A stretch of 64,000 bases of DNA, from assembly GCA_965217895.1 (NCBI GenBank), contig CBDCJV010000002.1, forward strand, positions 352,001-416,000. The letters run 5' to 3'. The stretch comes from Waterburya sp. Its GTDB lineage: Bacteria; Cyanobacteriota; Cyanobacteriia; Cyanobacteriales; Xenococcaceae. The notes beneath the pieces were generated by a model that saw only the letters and a program-made list of their open reading frames with translations, had not been told where the DNA came from and searched no databases. This document shows positions 60,685 to 64,000 of the stretch, in pieces. Positions within the stretch are counted from its first letter, which is position 1, and every line of letters begins with the position of its first letter. A program made the position numbers and the translations under genes.

Positions 60685-62676
60685 TTAGACATCATAAATA
60701 TCAGTAATCATTCCTAGCAAAAATGTATTGCCATTCAGGTCTTGAAAACAAGATTTCTTGGTAACAAGTATTTTCTCATTGCCTTCGGCATCAGTAAAAG
60801 GTTCTTCGTCTACTTCCTCAGTGCCTGTTAACATAACCAATTCATCTTTTGCCCAATAAATATCGGCTTGTTCTTGAGAATAAAAATCTGGTTCGGATTT
60901 GCCTAACATTTCAGCTTTGGCATAACCAACAAATTTGCAGTAAGCATCATTAACTAATACCCAACGATGATTGGTATCCTTGACAAAAATAGGGTTGCCA
61001 ATACTATCAAACGCTTTTTCTAAGAAGTCTTTGGCACTTTCTGTTTGCTGTTTTTGTTGGCTGATATCGCTAATATCTTCATAAGAACCAAACAAACCGA
61101 TAATGCGACCATTTTTGTCTTTAAGAGCTAACTTGTTAGTCTTAATATTTTTCATCGAACCATCTTCTTGAATTTGTGATTCTTCATAATTTATTTTGGG
61201 TGTGCCACCAGCCAATATAAGCTCGTCGTCTGCACGATAAAGAGCAGCAGATTTATGCCAACTTAATTGAGAATCATTTTTGCCCATAATTTCTGCTGGC
61301 GAATTTAAGCCCGCATCTTGAGCAAATAATTGATTACAGCCTAAATAATTCAAGTTTATGTCTTTCCAAAATATTCTTTGGGGCAAAGTATCAAAAATCA
61401 AATGCAATAATTGCTGAGATTCTCTTAACTCTTGTTCAGCTTGTTTGCGATCGCTAATATCGCTCATTAAGCCATCCCAAACAATTGAACCATCAACTTG
61501 TTTTTCAGGCTTAGAAGCAGTTTGAATCCACCTTATTTTACCTGAAGGGTTAATTACTCTTCCTTCCCAATGTTTAGGCTGTAAAGTTTGGGCTGACTTT
61601 TGCACGACTTCTTCAAAGGCAGATATATCTTCTGGGTGTATTTGCGACATGAGCAACTCTGGTTGCTGCATTACTTGTTTTGCGCTCAGCTCGCAGATTT
61701 CTTTACAGTCAGAACTAATATAGGGAAAAGAAAAATGACCATCTAGATGCAGCTTAAACTGATAGATAGCTCCTGGTACATTGACAACTAGCCTTTCAAA
61801 ACGAGCTTTACTAAAAGATAGTTGTTTAGTTCTTTTGGCTACAAGAGTTTCTAAGTTTTGGGCTTGCTCTTTTAGTTGTTTTTCTAACTCAGCCCTTTCG
61901 GTAATATCCTCAAAAGTGCCAACAATACCAATAATATTATTGTCAGCATCTCGTAAAACCATTTTATTGGTTCTAAGCCATTTTTGGCTGCTATCAGCCT
62001 GTTGTTGTGGCTCAATGATATTATATGCAGGGGTTTGAGATTCTATTACACGGCGATCGCCTTCTCTAAACCAATCTGCTTCTTCTTTTCTCCAAGGTAA
62101 GTCATAATCTGTTTTTCCTACCAGGGATTTGGGAGAACTACATCCTGCGATCTCGGCAAATATTTTGTTACATCCTAAATATACTGAGTTACGATCTTTC
62201 CAAAAAATAGCTAAGGGCAATTCATCTAATATTGCCTGTAGTTCTACAGTAGATTGTGAAGCTTGAGAATTAGCTGTGGCGTTAGAGTTTATTGGTTCTA
62301 CACTTAATAAAATCAGGCTATTTTCTTCAAGTTCAATTTTGACACCTGATAATTTTACAGCTACAGCTTGTCCATTGGAGTTTAAATAAGCTCGCTCTGC
62401 TTGAAATCTTCCTTGCTGTTCTAAAGTAGTGCGTTCTAAAGATTGAAAATCATGATATTTAGTAGGAGTAATTGCCCAGATATTTAACCCCAAGGTTTCA
62501 ATTACAGTTCTCCCGATTAAGTCAGCAAAAGCTTGATTCGCGTCTAAAATCGTCCCATCTAATTGATAAATAACTTGAGCCGTAGGAGATTTTTTCCACA
62601 AAACTCGATGATATTCTTGATTATTACTTAAGGTGGCTAATGGGTCAGATTTTTGCTGTACCATCGGTAGCTTCAT
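60685..62676 (-). CDS. Multi-PAS protein (about 5 PAS/PAC) without output domain
   Basis: Repeated IFWKD..YLGCN..GKTDYDLPW and ..DIT/DIS ends; no kinase, GGDEF or MCP motif. Confidence 0.85.
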   Translation of the reverse strand: MKLPMVQQKSDPLATLSNNQEYHRVLWKKSPTAQVIYQLDGTILDANQAFADLIGRTVIETLGLNIWAITPTKYHDFQSLERTTLEQQGRFQAERAYLNSNGQAVAVKLSGVKIELEENSLILLSVEPINSNATANSQASQSTVELQAILDELPLAIFWKDRNSVYLGCNKIFAEIAGCSSPKSLVGKTDYDLPWRKEEADWFREGDRRVIESQTPAYNIIEPQQQADSSQKWLRTNKMVLRDADNNIIGIVGTFEDITERAELEKQLKEQAQNLETLVAKRTKQLSFSKARFERLVVNVPGAIYQFKLHLDGHFSFPYISSDCKEICELSAKQVMQQPELLMSQIHPEDISAFEEVVQKSAQTLQPKHWEGRVINPSGKIRWIQTASKPEKQVDGSIVWDGLMSDISDRKQAEQELRESQQLLHLIFDTLPQRIFWKDINLNYLGCNQLFAQDAGLNSPAEIMGKNDSQLSWHKSAALYRADDELILAGGTPKINYEESQIQEDGSMKNIKTNKLALKDKNGRIIGLFGSYEDISDISQQKQQTESAKDFLEKAFDSIGNPIFVKDTNHRWVLVNDAYCKFVGYAKAEMLGKSEPDFYSQEQADIYWAKDELVMLTGTEEVDEEPFTDAEGNEKILVTKKSCFQDLNGNTFLLGMITDIYDV

Positions 62677-62702
62677 CTTCCTAACTTAATTTAAGGGTGA
62701 CT

Positions 62703-62740
62703 TCAAAAGTCACTTTTAAATAGGTAAAAGTGACTTTTGA
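62703..62740. promoter_or_regulatory. Perfect 16-bp inverted repeat made of two palindromic arms
   Basis: TCAAAAGTCACTTTTA-N6-TAAAAGTGACTTTTGA. Confidence 0.6.
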
Positions 62741-62894
62741 TCACAGCGTCTAACAATTTTGGGATTTGTTACTAAAACTGTTAGGGTTAGTGTTCCCCGA
62801 AACATGACGGAAGTTAACAACTAAATATGATCGCGTCGGGTTTCCCAAACTAAGTCGAACAAGCTTGAACAACTATCCTTTATCCCTCATCCCT

Positions 62895-63230
62895 TTAAAG
62901 TCTTAGTTGAGTCTCTAGAATATTGCTATAGGTTTCGTAAGGTTTGCTGCCAAATAAACTTTCTACTACTTCTCCATCACGAAACACTAACACCGCAGGA
63001 ATACTGCGGATACCGTATTTTTTGGCAATGTCTTTGTTTTCGTCAATATCAATTTTAATCACAGTAGCGCGATCGCTGTACTCGGAAGCCAATTGATCGA
63101 TTAATGGTGCAACTACCCGACAAGGGCCACACCAGGTTGCGGTATAGTCAGCGACTACCAGCTTTTCATTACTCAGCAACTGATTAAATTCACCTTCGTT
63201 TGCAAAATTAGCTTTGGTTGTAGAAGTCAT
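62895..63230 (-). CDS. Thioredoxin
   Basis: WCGPC, GIRSIPA. Confidence 0.96.
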   Translation of the reverse strand: MTSTTKANFANEGEFNQLLSNEKLVVADYTATWCGPCRVVAPLIDQLASEYSDRATVIKIDIDENKDIAKKYGIRSIPAVLVFRDGEVVESLFGSKPYETYSNILETQLRL

Positions 63231-63365
63231 TTTTTATCTCTCTAATTAATTGGATACTGTGTCTTGAGTTGCTCGACAATTGGGTCTTGATTGTCGCTTA
63301 TCAATAGATTTACTGATACTTTTAATAAAAGAGTAGCATTATCGGTTCTTAGTAAGTGATAAACA

Positions 63366-64000
63366 GTGGACAGCCAAAAATTAAATCAAATTCAGATTTT
63401 AGAAGAATTGTCTCTGAATGCTTTACCAAGTTTGCAACAAATTTTTTATGATGGTTGGATTTTGCGCTTTGCCGAAGGATACACCAAAAGAGCTAATTCC
63501 ATTACTCCTCTTTATTCTGGTTCAGCAGATTTAATTCAGAAAATTCACCGTTGCGAAGAGATTTATCGTGATTTTGCTCTTAAACCAATTTTTCGATTGA
63601 CAAATACTCCTCAAACAAGAACCCTAGATCGAGTTTTAGAAGAATTAGGATATCAAAAAAAAGACAGCGTTAGTGTTCAGATTAAAACTATATCTGACGA
63701 CAATTTATTTACTAAGGATTCTTCTTTAAATATGGTTGGCGATCTGCCTAACAATCTGGCTTCGCTACGCTCTATTACTTTAGAAAATGAACTCTCCCAA
63801 GAGTGGCTAGATCATTTTGTTCACGCTGCTAATTTGCCAATCCAGCACTGGAATACATTGTCTACCATGTTAGACATTATTCCCAATCCTACTGTTTACT
63901 GCTGGTTAAAAGATCGCCATTTTTGTAGCTGTGGGTTTGGAGTTCTAGAAAATAATTATTTGGGGCTGTTTTTTTTACTCACTGCCAAAAAACAGCGTCG
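63366..64000 (+). CDS. GNAT family acetyltransferase, 3' end off window
   Basis: Absent from the track; manual translation from GTG: ..LEELSLNALP..YDGWILRFAEGYTKRANS..CGFGVLE..TAKKQR. Confidence 0.8.
   Translation, partial: MDSQKLNQIQILEELSLNALPSLQQIFYDGWILRFAEGYTKRANSITPLYSGSADLIQKIHRCEEIYRDFALKPIFRLTNTPQTRTLDRVLEELGYQKKDSVSVQIKTISDDNLFTKDSSLNMVGDLPNNLASLRSITLENELSQEWLDHFVHAANLPIQHWNTLSTMLDIIPNPTVYCWLKDRHFCSCGFGVLENNYLGLFFLLTAKKQR
63744..63767. mobile_element. 24-bp SDR5-like insert inside HIP1
   Basis: GCGAT|CTGCCTAACAATCTGGCTTCGCTA|CGC. Confidence 0.75.

Noticed and set aside
512..62038. Short ORF-track entries overlapping longer genes (e.g. 512-781, 1263-1508, 4139-4555, 8699-9115, 42837-43232, 61781-62038)
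   Set aside because: Antisense or alternate-frame shadows of well-supported genes, with no recognisable motifs
62741..62880. GC-richer leader with GGGAAACCC and CGGGGAAC as a possible cyclic-dinucleotide riboswitch
   Set aside because: The remaining conserved elements of the c-di-GMP and c-di-AMP aptamers were not found by eye; would need an Infernal scan
1..64000. Very frequent GCGATCGC octamers
   Set aside because: This is HIP1, a well-known cyanobacterial feature; used only as taxonomic evidence
1..64000. rRNA, tRNA, prophage or defence-island genes
   Set aside because: None recognised by eye apart from the single toxin-antitoxin pair

Overview
AT-rich cyanobacterial chromosomal window; dense HIP1 octamers (GCGATCGC), psbQ, spp and a cyanobacteriochrome support this, and Pleurocapsales-like is only a guess. 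In order it holds: a stress/osmotic-type block (AI-2E transporter, OmpR/HAMP-kinase pair, two MscS, DUF4385, DUF2945, YihY); a DXCF cyanobacteriochrome kinase; a Wzx/Wzy polysaccharide cluster; a NitT/TauT ABC importer; spp; a Phd-PIN toxin-antitoxin pair with a frameshifted toxin; ilvB; an 11.4 kb co-oriented signalling locus; housekeeping genes; a TetR/Rieske pair; IS4 and IS110-like relics; psbQ; a PAS-only protein; and thioredoxin. The best candidate for an undescribed system is the locus at 36858-48239. It places a heme-oxygenase-like diiron enzyme, a membrane desaturase and a PQ-loop-like membrane protein directly upstream of a dCache hybrid kinase phosphorelay that ends in a PP2C / Slr1658 / Slr1659 partner-switch, which suggests make-export-sense signalling. 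Several tiny palindromic elements are inserted in frame in genes, two of them exactly inside HIP1 sites. All family assignments come from motif recognition; no searches were run.
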